Source: an uncultured Cryomorphaceae bacterium (GTDB lineage: Bacteria > Bacteroidota > Bacteroidia > Flavobacteriales > Schleiferiaceae). From it: a DNA stretch of 62,352 nucleotides. The DNA is taken from the NCBI GenBank assembly GCA_913060465.1, contig CAJXTR010000001.1, positions 1 through 62,352 on the forward strand. Direction: 5' to 3'. Below, piece after piece: positions 36,601 to 43,850 of the stretch. Positions within the stretch are counted from its first letter, which is position 1. Every line of letters starts with the position of its first letter. A program made the translations under genes and the position numbers. The notes under the pieces are model-generated. The model saw only the letters and a program-made list of their open reading frames with translations. It ran no database searches and was not told where the DNA came from.

Positions 36601-36720
36601 ATTATTGATGTCCGTCAATGCCATCACTGGCCAGGGCTGGTCTTCAAAGAATTTTATCCATTCTTTTGGCGACAAGATCCCATAGCGCAAGCTGTAATAA
36701 CTGTGCGTATTCAATAGCAT
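33673..36720 (-). CDS. dnaE2: error-prone DNA polymerase III alpha-family protein (DnaE2-like)
   Basis: 1015 aa. PHP domain N-terminus (MLLNTHSYYSLRYG), pol III alpha core (GRGSGANSIV, PPDFDLDF) and a C-terminal OB fold. Operon context with a Y-family polymerase and a LexA-like repressor. Confidence 0.85.
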   Translation of the reverse strand: MLLNTHSYYSLRYGILSPKEWIKFFEDQPWPVMALTDINNTSACMTVLHLMRNHPNKRPVVGVDFRNGTRQCYVMLARNWEGMREINDHLSWHLHHGVKFPQRPDRTRFSNTWIIYPTASDLDVTDLANNECIGIKPAEVASLPFRKWKDAKHKLVAFPTSSFRGKRDHNAHRLLRAIDENTLLSKLSKEAQGSIDDLYLEDSALREAYASAPELLRNAAQILQDCKLILPEDAALNLQTYSGSREKDLKLLRKLCYDGLPYRYPQADFKVKERIEKELDLIAQKNFVSYFLINWDIVNYAQKRGYFYVGRGSGANSIVAYLLKITDVDPIALDLYFERFINLHRTSPPDFDLDFSWRDREDITQYIFKRFPHTALLATYNTFQYKSVVRELGKVFGLPKHEIDKLSKGNISSGTLDQLSHLVLRYSTYIQGFPSHLSIHAGGILIAQQSLHYHSATFMPPKGFPTVQFDMIIAEDIGLHKFDILSQRGLSKIQDTLAIVAKNKPERPFIDIRDLQRFKEDEAIKNLLRNGLAMGCFYVESPAMRMLLKKLKVDTYLGLVAASSIIRPGVSNSGMMREYILRFTDPERRKDAHPVMLEIMPDTFGVMVYQEDVIKVAHYFAGLSLGEADVLRRGMSGKFRSRREFQNVEKQYFKNCEERGYSEELSREIWRQIESFAGYAFAKGHSASYAVESYQSLYLKAHYPLEYMVAVINNFGGFYRTEFYVHEARRNGGQIEAPCVQYGDYPTVIHGTTIYLGFVLLRSLDEKIGVYIGRERQEGGPFVDLADFIDRVPVGIEQISLLIRIGALRFTGKPKQTLLWEAHHMLRGRNTKDVMAAPPSLFKGNQQAHDYKVPVLQQSRLEEAFDQIELLGFPLCDPFELADEPLENGTMARELPDKLGHFVIAYGYLVTVKDTKTIKGDRMNFATFVDQEGEFLDSVHFPNIAAQFPFRGKGIYRVQGRVVEEFGFYSIEASALYKVAMVPDPRYEDTMAREKDNYSKTRDTMKRGRKSAESA

Positions 36721-36735
36721 TTCCCCTACCCGATT

Positions 36736-37545
36736 TTAGAATCCTAAGTCCAGTTTTCGTTGACGTGATTGGGTCATTCCCATGCCTTGTAACGACAGGT
36801 GTGAATAGATTTCATAATCGTATTCAGGCACCAGGCGCTGCCCGATGGGCTTCAAGAGCTCAGGACCATTAGCGCTAGGGCTTTTGATTGCCGCAGAGAT
36901 GGGGTATGCATTGAGCTCTTCCGAGGGATAGGGATTTAACAAATCTGTGATTTCAGCTAGGGGAATGGATGGGTTCAACCAAATCTGCTCGTCCTCTTCT
37001 TGAAGGATTACGGGAGATCGATGGTGATTTATGGCTGCCGTTATTTTGTTCTGAACGGTTGTAATGATGGCATAGCTATCTATGATTTCGCCAGTATCCG
37101 GATTTACCCACGAATCGTAAATCCCTGCAAAGGCAAAAGGCGCTCCATCCCTTTTGTAGACTACATAAGGTTTTGACAAGCGTTCCTTTTGTGGTCCCTC
37201 GATAAACGCATCTGCAAGAACTAAACAGCGCTTTGAGCGAATGCTTTGGCGAAAGGCAGGCTTGGTCGTGATGCCTTTTGCACCGCGATAGGCCGGATCA
37301 TTTTCCGAATTATGGTCTCCTTCAGAGCGGGCATTGAACAGGTGGAACGGCTTCTTAGCCCAAGACGGGGTAAAGCCGAAGCGGTAGTGCTTAATCATCC
37401 CTGGGTGCTCCTGAGTGATTACAGCGCCTAAATCACCTATGCTAGTGTTCGTATTAGGCACGTAGAGGTCTGGGCGCTCTACAATAGCACTGAAGCGCTT
37501 CTCTACTGCTTTAATCTTGCTGATATTGACGTATCTACCACACAT
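36736..37545 (-). CDS. SOS response-associated peptidase (SRAP/YedK, abasic-site crosslinking protein)
   Basis: N-terminal MCGRY with catalytic Cys2. Typical SRAP length and blocks (FNARSE, AFAGIYD, HHRSPVIL). Confidence 0.88.
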   Translation of the reverse strand: MCGRYVNISKIKAVEKRFSAIVERPDLYVPNTNTSIGDLGAVITQEHPGMIKHYRFGFTPSWAKKPFHLFNARSEGDHNSENDPAYRGAKGITTKPAFRQSIRSKRCLVLADAFIEGPQKERLSKPYVVYKRDGAPFAFAGIYDSWVNPDTGEIIDSYAIITTVQNKITAAINHHRSPVILQEEDEQIWLNPSIPLAEITDLLNPYPSEELNAYPISAAIKSPSANGPELLKPIGQRLVPEYDYEIYSHLSLQGMGMTQSRQRKLDLGF

Positions 37546-37572
37546 GGTACTCTTCTCTAAGTTAAGTTCTTT

Positions 37573-38817
37573 TTACTGATGTCTGTTGGCCAATAGTGGC
37601 GGTGGTTCCCCGTTGAAGGGATTTGTTCTTCCAATGGTCTTCGCACCTAGTGATACTGCACGAAGCACAGAACGGTCACCGAAGCGTTGACGAATGTGGT
37701 CCATAGCACTGTACAACCTGCTCAATTCCTCACTTTCTTCGAAGAGATTCATTTGGTAGCCACCGCCCACCAAATGAGAACAGCGCACGCCCACTAAGCG
37801 GACTAATAGCCGGCGGTCATAGAGACGCTTGAATAGTTCCTTCACCTTGGGAATAAGAATATGGTCAGCTGCGGTATATGGAATGCGTGCTTGTAGCGTA
37901 TGGGTATTGAAGTCTGAATATCGAATCTTCACCGTGATGCAGGAAGTGAGCTTATCGCCTCTACGCAGCTGGTAAGCAAGATTTTCCGCCATGGCTACTA
38001 TGATTCCTTCGAGTTTGACCACATCTATGGTGTCTTTAGCAAAGGTTCGTTCTGTAGAAATACTCTTTCGCTCTTGGTACGGTACCACAGGGCTTTGATC
38101 GACACCTTGCGCTTTATGCCAAATGACCGATCCGTGTTTCCCCATAACGCTTTGCATCATCTCCAAAGGCATTTCCTGAAGTGTCTGTATGCGACGGACT
38201 CCAAGGTTTCTTAGGGTTTGGTAGGTCTTCTCTCCTACCATGGGAATTTTCCGCACGGACAAAGGCGCTAAAAAAGGCCGTTCCAAGCCTTTTTGGATGT
38301 AAATCTTATTGTTGGGTTTCGCCTCACCTGTAGCGACTTTACTAACGGTTTTGTTTCCTGAGAGACCAAAACTGATGGGCAATCCAGTTTCTCGAATGAC
38401 CTTATCGCGGAGCTCGCTAGCAAACTTGAAGTTGCCAAAGAACCTATCCATACCCGTTAGGTCCACATAGAACTCATCTACAGAGGTTTTCTCATAAACC
38501 GGCACATCCTCTTTGATCACATCTGTAACCAGGTTGGAATACTTGCTATAGTTGGCCGAGTTTCCTCGAATCACAATAGCTTCGGGACACAGGTCCTTCG
38601 CCATCCGCATGGGCATGGCTGAATGCACACCAAACTTTCGCGTTTCATAACTACAGGCAGCTACTACCCCTCGATCTCCTGTCCCCCCGATAATAATAGG
38701 TTTCCCCATAAGACGAGTGTCCATGAGGCGCTCAACAGAGACAAAGAATGTATCTAAATCCAAATGAAGGATAGAACGGTCCATGCGTGGGTATTTACGA
38801 GTTTTAGGGGTGTTCAC
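37573..38817 (-). CDS. dinB: Y-family DNA polymerase (DinB/Pol IV-like, catalytic residues intact)
   Basis: LHLDLDTFFVSVE and SVDEFYVDLTG retain the catalytic Asp/Glu. Little-finger region present. Alternative start at 38784 (MDRSIL). Confidence 0.85.
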   Translation of the reverse strand: MNTPKTRKYPRMDRSILHLDLDTFFVSVERLMDTRLMGKPIIIGGTGDRGVVAACSYETRKFGVHSAMPMRMAKDLCPEAIVIRGNSANYSKYSNLVTDVIKEDVPVYEKTSVDEFYVDLTGMDRFFGNFKFASELRDKVIRETGLPISFGLSGNKTVSKVATGEAKPNNKIYIQKGLERPFLAPLSVRKIPMVGEKTYQTLRNLGVRRIQTLQEMPLEMMQSVMGKHGSVIWHKAQGVDQSPVVPYQERKSISTERTFAKDTIDVVKLEGIIVAMAENLAYQLRRGDKLTSCITVKIRYSDFNTHTLQARIPYTAADHILIPKVKELFKRLYDRRLLVRLVGVRCSHLVGGGYQMNLFEESEELSRLYSAMDHIRQRFGDRSVLRAVSLGAKTIGRTNPFNGEPPPLLANRHQ

Positions 38818-38824
38818 AGCCTAT

Positions 38825-38848
38825 TTGAGCGGCCCAAGGGCCGCTCAA
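38825..38848. other. GC-rich hairpin in the gap between the lexA-like gene and dinB
   Basis: TTGAGCGGCCCaaGGGCCGCTCAA. On the transcribed (minus) strand a T6 run precedes the stem rather than following it, so it is not a canonical terminator. Confidence 0.6.
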
Positions 38849-38874
38849 AAAAGAATGCATGTATGTATTTTTTC

Positions 38875-39657
38875 CTAGTTGTCTTTGAGTGTACTCATCT
38901 CCTTACGAAGATCTGCGACCATGTGCATAAGCTGAGACATCTCTTGATTTGTGCCCGCTGCCGGAAGCTCAAAAGAAGTGTAGCCAACGGCTTTCCAGGC
39001 TTCTACGAGTCGGTCAACAGGTACGGTATAGGGTGCAAATTGCGGGTTATCAGATTTTAGCATCAACTCACCAACGTGCAGGTTATTAATCACGCGCTTG
39101 TACACAACGCCTTCATCCTTTGTAATGAGTACATAACAATCATCATTGCGGATGGACTTCCAATCTTGAACGTATTCCGTGATTACATACGAACCCGGTT
39201 TAATGGGCAGCATACTCTCTCCACGAATCTGGAATACACGGTAAGTGCGGTCTTGCGGAAGCTCAGGGAACGGCATAGAGAAACGCGGTAAGGCACCAAT
39301 GTAATCAGCATCTCCATACCCGGCTAAATACCCGGCAGAAGCCTTTACAGGCACCAATGTCCCTAATTCCTTCTCATCTGTACCATCAACCACCACAGGA
39401 AGAATACGCAACTGCGCGCCGCTTACATCTGCCTTAGGAATTGAACCGCCACCGGAAAGGTCTTTATTTACGAAATCATCCAAGCGAACCTGGAAATACG
39501 CTGCAAGATGTTGCAAGGTGTGCAACCTAGGCTCTGCCCTACCTTCTTCGTAGGCACCGATCATGGCACGCTTCACTCCAATCTTTACCGCTAACTGCTC
39601 CTGTGTCAGCGCTTCTTTCTTTCGAAGAAACTTCAAATTGTTCTTTACGTAGTTCAT
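38875..39657 (-). CDS. XRE/CI-type HTH + S24 peptidase repressor (Bacteroidota non-canonical LexA type)
   Basis: ORF to 39684; the ATG at 39657 gives MNYVKNNLKFLRKK. HTH LTQEQLAVKIGVKRAMIGAYEEGR, hinge Ala-Gly (KASAGY), S24 Ser (RGESMLP) and Lys (VVYKRV). First gene of the polymerase cassette. Confidence 0.82.
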   Translation of the reverse strand: MNYVKNNLKFLRKKEALTQEQLAVKIGVKRAMIGAYEEGRAEPRLHTLQHLAAYFQVRLDDFVNKDLSGGGSIPKADVSGAQLRILPVVVDGTDEKELGTLVPVKASAGYLAGYGDADYIGALPRFSMPFPELPQDRTYRVFQIRGESMLPIKPGSYVITEYVQDWKSIRNDDCYVLITKDEGVVYKRVINNLHVGELMLKSDNPQFAPYTVPVDRLVEAWKAVGYTSFELPAAGTNQEMSQLMHMVADLRKEMSTLKDN

Positions 39658-39717
39658 ACAGCGTATCTTTAAAAACCAAGGCACAGCATGCCCTGCTGAT
39701 TTACAATGCTAATTTAG

Positions 39718-39729
39718 TTAGAATTCTAA
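39718..39729. promoter_or_regulatory. perfect 12-bp palindrome TTAGAATTCTAA in the divergent promoter region (candidate repressor operator)
   Basis: Read directly; self-complementary. It lies 61 nt upstream of the lexA-like ATG (39657) and 34 nt upstream of the divergent GTG (39763). Confidence 0.5.
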
Positions 39730-39762
39730 TATTTTCATCATTCATCTCATTAATTTTTTGAC

Positions 39763-40299
39763 GTGGAGTTAAAAACGGTCTTAAATACCTGTACTGTGGC
39801 GAAGGACGAAGCTTATGCACACTGGATTGATGCTGCTATTGCTGAGGAACTGGTGCTGCAAGAGGTTGTGGATTTAGCCTTTACAGGGACGAATCAAGAA
39901 CGCACAAGAGGATGTTGGATATTGCATCACGTGGGCGATCGAGCGCCAGAGTTGCTGAAGGTATTTGTTCCTCGAATGATGGACCAATTGGACCATAGTA
40001 CTACAGATGCCGAAGTCCGATTCATTTTGCGCTATTTCGCCACACAGCAACTTCCGGAGAACGAAGAATACAAGGGATTACTTCTAGATTACAGCTGGAA
40101 ATGCATGACGGACCCGAAGGCTGCCATCGCACCGCGCGTTTATGGCATGACCATCGCGTATAAGATGTGTGAGGAGCACCCGGAATTGGCCCCTGAACTG
40201 GCGCAAACCATTGAAAATGTGGTAGAATACGGTAGCGCAGGCATGAAAAACCGCGGCGGTAAGATCATCCAATGGCTCCGCAAAGACGGCCTAATCTAA
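39763..40299 (+). CDS. hypothetical all-alpha (HEAT/ARM-like) protein
   Basis: 178-aa ORF with a GTG start and helix-rich composition; no TM or signal peptide. Divergent from the lexA-like gene. Family not recognised. Confidence 0.5.
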   Translation: MELKTVLNTCTVAKDEAYAHWIDAAIAEELVLQEVVDLAFTGTNQERTRGCWILHHVGDRAPELLKVFVPRMMDQLDHSTTDAEVRFILRYFATQQLPENEEYKGLLLDYSWKCMTDPKAAIAPRVYGMTIAYKMCEEHPELAPELAQTIENVVEYGSAGMKNRGGKIIQWLRKDGLI

Positions 40300-41517
40300 A
40301 GGAAAACCGGCCATGGCATTACCGGCAAGAAAACCTCCAGTCCAAGCTGCCTGGAAGTTGAAGCCACCCGTAATCCCATCAATATCAAGGATTTCACCTG
40401 CTAAATAAAGGTTTGGACAGAGGCGGCTTTGAAAGGTTTTAAAGTCCACTTCTTTTAAATCTACCCCACCTGCGGTGACAAATTCCTCCTTGAAGGTTGA
40501 TTTCCCGGATACTTGGAAAACCGCACACGTCAGTTCCGTACAAAGGTCTTTGAGGTGTTTATTGCTCAGGTCGCCCCAAGTAGCTGTGCTCTTAATGCCT
40601 GCAGCTTCAACCATAGATTTCCAAAGGCGCAATGGAATGCCGAACATGGCGTGGTTGCCAATTCGCTTCTTTCCACTGTCCTTCTTTTCGTCATTCAAAT
40701 CGGCCAATACGAGCTCCTCATCCCGACCAACCCAATTAATCAAGATCGGGAATCGATAGAATCGGTCGCTCAACTCACGTGCACCCCAAGCGCTCAAACG
40801 CAAGACGGCAGGTCCAGACAGACCCCAATGCGTAATGAGCAATGGCCCCGATGCCTCCAAATCCGATGCTGCAATCTGAACAGTAGCATTCGGTACACTA
40901 ATACCACTTAACCCCTTGATTCTAGGGTCTTTAATATTAAACGTAAAGAGCGACGGTACAGGCTCAATGATCTTATGCCCCACCTTTTTGAGGTTGTCCC
41001 ACATCATTTTTGAAGAACCCGCCGCGATCATTACCGCATCGGCCGTGTAGGTGGTTCCATCGTTGGTTTTCACCTCCCAGGTCTCGTCATCATTGGGCTG
41101 AAACGATTTTACACCGGAAGAAGTCAGCACCGTAATACCGTTAGAATCGGCCATTTCGAGCAGGCAATCGATGATGGTTTGGGAAGAATCGGTCACTGGA
41201 AACACGCGATTGTCCGATTCTATTTTCAGCTCCACCCCTCGGTCTGCGAACCACTCCATCGTGTCCCCCGGTTGAAACTTATTAAACGGACCTAAGAGTT
41301 CGCGACTACCCCGTGGATAGAAGGTAACCAGCTCTCGAGGATCAAAACAAGCATGCGTAACGTTGCAACGGCCTCCGCCGCTGATCAAGACCTTACCGAG
41401 AACATCTTTTCCCTTCTCCAGCAAGATAATTTCAGCCTCAGGATTCGCCTCTGCACAAGCAATAGCAGCAAAATAGCCCGCTGCACCACCTCCTATAATG
41501 ACCACTCGTTTTCCCAT
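40291..41517 (-). CDS. NAD(P)/FAD-dependent oxidoreductase, HI0933/BaiN family
   Basis: VVIIGGGAAGYFAAI dinucleotide fold, GGGRCNVTH, and C-terminal GEILDIDGITGGFNFQAAWTGG. Confidence 0.88.
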   Translation of the reverse strand: MGKRVVIIGGGAAGYFAAIACAEANPEAEIILLEKGKDVLGKVLISGGGRCNVTHACFDPRELVTFYPRGSRELLGPFNKFQPGDTMEWFADRGVELKIESDNRVFPVTDSSQTIIDCLLEMADSNGITVLTSSGVKSFQPNDDETWEVKTNDGTTYTADAVMIAAGSSKMMWDNLKKVGHKIIEPVPSLFTFNIKDPRIKGLSGISVPNATVQIAASDLEASGPLLITHWGLSGPAVLRLSAWGARELSDRFYRFPILINWVGRDEELVLADLNDEKKDSGKKRIGNHAMFGIPLRLWKSMVEAAGIKSTATWGDLSNKHLKDLCTELTCAVFQVSGKSTFKEEFVTAGGVDLKEVDFKTFQSRLCPNLYLAGEILDIDGITGGFNFQAAWTGGFLAGNAMAGFPLD

Positions 41518-41521
41518 AGGG

Positions 41522-41529
41522 CAAAATTA
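41522..41529 (-). promoter_or_regulatory. -7 box (TAATTTTG on the minus strand) immediately upstream of the flavoprotein start
   Basis: Plus strand caaaatta, only 4 nt from the start codon at 41517. Confidence 0.35.
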
Positions 41530-41585
41530 CACCAAATAACCCTTTAACAAGAGTGTCTAAAAAATAACAAAGTGGTAATTTTGCA

Positions 41586-41593
41586 ACGAAATA
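41586..41593 (+). promoter_or_regulatory. -7 box (TAATTTTG) for the 41604 gene
   Basis: Exact TAnnTTTG match, 10 nt upstream of the ATG at 41604. Confidence 0.4.
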
Positions 41594-41603
41594 CACTGAG
41601 AAA

Positions 41604-42263
41604 ATGAATTTACGTGAAGCATTAGAGGAGTGCCTACGCAAGCGCCCTTTCATTGAAGAAGCCCTGCAAGACGACTTGATCAACCTAAGTTCCTTAGCCC
41701 GAGCCATCAAGCCCGATATCGAGCATCTCATAGGAAAAGAGATTAAGGAAAGTGCCGTAGTCATGGCCATTCGCCGCCGCGAACCTCGCCTGCAATTAAA
41801 AATGCAGCACAAGCTTCAACAATTCATCTCAAGCCTAGGTGATATCATCGTTCGTTCAAACCTGCTCGCGTACACATATAAGAAAACCCCTGCCCTTACC
41901 GCCAAACAAGCGGAATTCCTCGACGCCATCCAAGGCAAGCCTTCAGGTTTTCACAGTTTTACCGGGGGTATGGAAGAAACTACAGTGGTAGTAAGTGAAG
42001 ATTACGCGTCCGATTTAGAGGCCGCCATGCAAGGTGAAAAATTACTGAGCGTTGCTAAAGATTTGAGCTCTATCACATTGCGACTTCCCACTAGCAGCTC
42101 GGAAGTCATCGGTTTGTATTACTTCTTCTTTAAACACATTGCCTCCGCAGGAGTGCCCATTAAAGAAATCATCTCCACCACCAACGAAGCTACCTTCATC
42201 GTCCATAATGATGATGTGAATGCAGCCTTTTCCACCATCAACACCATCAAGCGTTCAACATGA
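41604..42263 (+). CDS. conserved hypothetical protein with a C-terminal ACT-like domain
   Basis: 219 aa. The C-terminal half (LSSITLRL...VIGLYYFFFKHIASAGVPIKEIISTTNEATFIV) resembles the ACT / aspartokinase regulatory fold. Confidence 0.45.
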   Translation: MNLREALEECLRKRPFIEEALQDDLINLSSLARAIKPDIEHLIGKEIKESAVVMAIRRREPRLQLKMQHKLQQFISSLGDIIVRSNLLAYTYKKTPALTAKQAEFLDAIQGKPSGFHSFTGGMEETTVVVSEDYASDLEAAMQGEKLLSVAKDLSSITLRLPTSSSEVIGLYYFFFKHIASAGVPIKEIISTTNEATFIVHNDDVNAAFSTINTIKRST

Positions 42264-42350
42264 TTGTGAACAACTAAAACTTATTCCACTTATTTGGTTT
42301 TCCATTTCCAAGGGCCCAATTTCTTGGGACTAATCTAAATTTCTAATACA

Positions 42351-42689
42351 ATGGAAAATCAAGTTCAACTTATCGGAAACTTGGGAATGGATCCCGAGTC
42401 AAAGCAAATCAGCGATTCATTAAAAGCCTCGTTTACCTTGGCCACGAACACGGTCTATCGCGATGGTGATGGCAACAAGAAGACCATGACCGACTGGCAT
42501 AATGTGGTTGCATGGGGAGGCCTAGCGCAAACCATCACTCAGTATGTGAAAAAAGGTGATAAAATAGGTATTGCCGGTCGCTTGGTGACGCGCTCCTACG
42601 AAGACGAGAAAGGCACGAAGAAGTATTATACCGAGGTTATTGCCAAAGACCTGCTCATGCTGGGGTCGAAACGCAGCGAAAAAAATTAA
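42351..42689 (+). CDS. ssb: single-stranded DNA-binding protein, short form lacking an acidic C-terminal tip
   Basis: OB-fold blocks NQVQLIGNLG...TDWHNVVAWG...GRLVTRSYEDEKG.KKYYTEV. It ends ...LGSKRSEKN, with no Gly/Pro-rich linker or DDDIPF-type tail. Confidence 0.85.
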   Translation: MENQVQLIGNLGMDPESKQISDSLKASFTLATNTVYRDGDGNKKTMTDWHNVVAWGGLAQTITQYVKKGDKIGIAGRLVTRSYEDEKGTKKYYTEVIAKDLLMLGSKRSEKN

Positions 42690-42699
42690 TCCACCACCA

Positions 42700-42720
42700 A
42701 CACCAGGCCTGCGGCCTGGT
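42700..42720. terminator. hairpin shared by the convergent ssb and M14 peptidase gene ends
   Basis: CACCAGGCCtgcGGCCTGGTG, a 9-bp stem with only a weak U-tract (tt). The M14 stop codon abuts at 42722. Confidence 0.5.
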
Positions 42721-42721
42721 G

Positions 42722-43789
42722 TTAACCTTGATTTATTAATTGACCCTCTTCGAATAGATACTCACCAAAGATCCCCGTAACCGGTTTATCCAATAACAAG
42801 GGCTGTGTGAGTCCAATGGCCGTCCCATCCACTTCCTTCATTCGAGGACGGGAAGCAAGGTCACCAAGGTCATCAACCACATACAACACTCCTGTGGCGT
42901 GGCCATTGACATACTGTATACGCTTAATTGCTACATCCACACGCATGTGGGCGTACAACACGTTGGTAAAGACCCACTCTAACATTCCAGATTCATTCAA
43001 TGGAAGATTATCGTAGGTGGAACTCGTACTTTCAGAGGTCCCATGTATGGTGTGTAGTAGCACATTTAAGCCAAAAACGCGGGCCGTCAACCGACTAAAA
43101 TCATCTACCGCGACACCACTTTCAATCAAAACATTTGGGTATCCATTCGCCATGAGGTAATCACCGATCGCCGTAGGATAAAATTCGTCTGTATATCGTC
43201 CAACCCCCGTTAAATCAACATTCATGGTATCAAGCGCACCACTGACTCGGGCCATCGTTGCCTTACGTGAAGGTGTTACGCTTCGGCTTTTATCCGCGCT
43301 TGGCACTAATAGCGACGTATACGCCGGCGAACCCTCGACATGGAAAATGGTTCGTTGATCGTGCAGGTTAAAACACAATTCAGGCTCATGCATCTTTATC
43401 CATCCAATGAGCTTCGCGCTTTCAATAGTTTGAAATGCACGAAAATCACGATTGAGATCAATACCTAAACCATTCCGACGTGAGTATCTAACGTAGGCAT
43501 CAGGGTTGACAACAGGCAGTATATGAAGCGTAAATCCTGTTAAATCTATCTGTTTCTTTTGAAACAAGTCTATAAGTGAAAGTACAATAAAGATTCCTGT
43601 CGTTTCATTCCCGTGCATACCTGCCCAGATACAAATGGAACGAGGACCATTGCCCAATTTCTTGTACAATAGTGGACGTTCCTCGCTGGAATAGCCAATA
43701 ATCTCCCAATCGAAGGTCGTTCTAATCTCTTCGTAGGTTATATACCACTCGTTTCTAGACAAATAAGAGCTGTCGGATGTACTAAACAT
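42722..43789 (-). CDS. M14-family zinc carboxypeptidase-like protein
   Basis: H-x-x-E zinc motif in WAGMHGNETTG, with downstream NPDAY and DLNRDF blocks typical of M14 / succinylglutamate-desuccinylase-like folds. Confidence 0.7.
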   Translation of the reverse strand: MFSTSDSSYLSRNEWYITYEEIRTTFDWEIIGYSSEERPLLYKKLGNGPRSICIWAGMHGNETTGIFIVLSLIDLFQKKQIDLTGFTLHILPVVNPDAYVRYSRRNGLGIDLNRDFRAFQTIESAKLIGWIKMHEPELCFNLHDQRTIFHVEGSPAYTSLLVPSADKSRSVTPSRKATMARVSGALDTMNVDLTGVGRYTDEFYPTAIGDYLMANGYPNVLIESGVAVDDFSRLTARVFGLNVLLHTIHGTSESTSSTYDNLPLNESGMLEWVFTNVLYAHMRVDVAIKRIQYVNGHATGVLYVVDDLGDLASRPRMKEVDGTAIGLTQPLLLDKPVTGIFGEYLFEEGQLINQG

Positions 43790-43850
43790 TCTTGTAGATT
43801 TATACTTGAAGTTACATCACAGAACTGACTTTTTCCCAAATACTATTCTT

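Noticed and set aside
33673-38817. Search for an imuA (RecA/SulA-like) gene that would complete a classical imuA-imuB-dnaE2 cassette
   Set aside because: No such ORF exists in or around the cassette. The only intervening gene is SRAP, and the Y-family member retains its catalytic residues, so I did not call imuA or imuB.
38764-39060. 98-aa plus-strand ORF spanning the gap between dinB and the lexA-like gene
   Set aside because: It is antisense to both flanking genes and includes the hairpin. It has no start context or conservation signal.
38875-39684. CI-like HTH + S24 repressor as a marker of a prophage or integrative element
   Set aside because: No integrase, excisionase, Cro/antirepressor, or structural or lysis genes lie nearby. 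The gene heads an operon of host DNA-damage polymerases, which fits the Bacteroidota non-canonical LexA role instead.
40475-40911. Two overlapping plus-strand ORFs (94 and 132 aa) inside the HI0933-family flavoprotein gene
   Set aside because: The minus-strand frame has a complete FAD-binding protein with N- and C-terminal signatures. The plus-strand ORFs have no motifs.
41438-41812. 124-aa minus-strand ORF bridging the flavoprotein start and the ACT-like gene
   Set aside because: It overlaps two better-supported genes and their promoters (two exact -7 boxes in this interval point outward), and its composition is Arg/Ser/Cys-rich.
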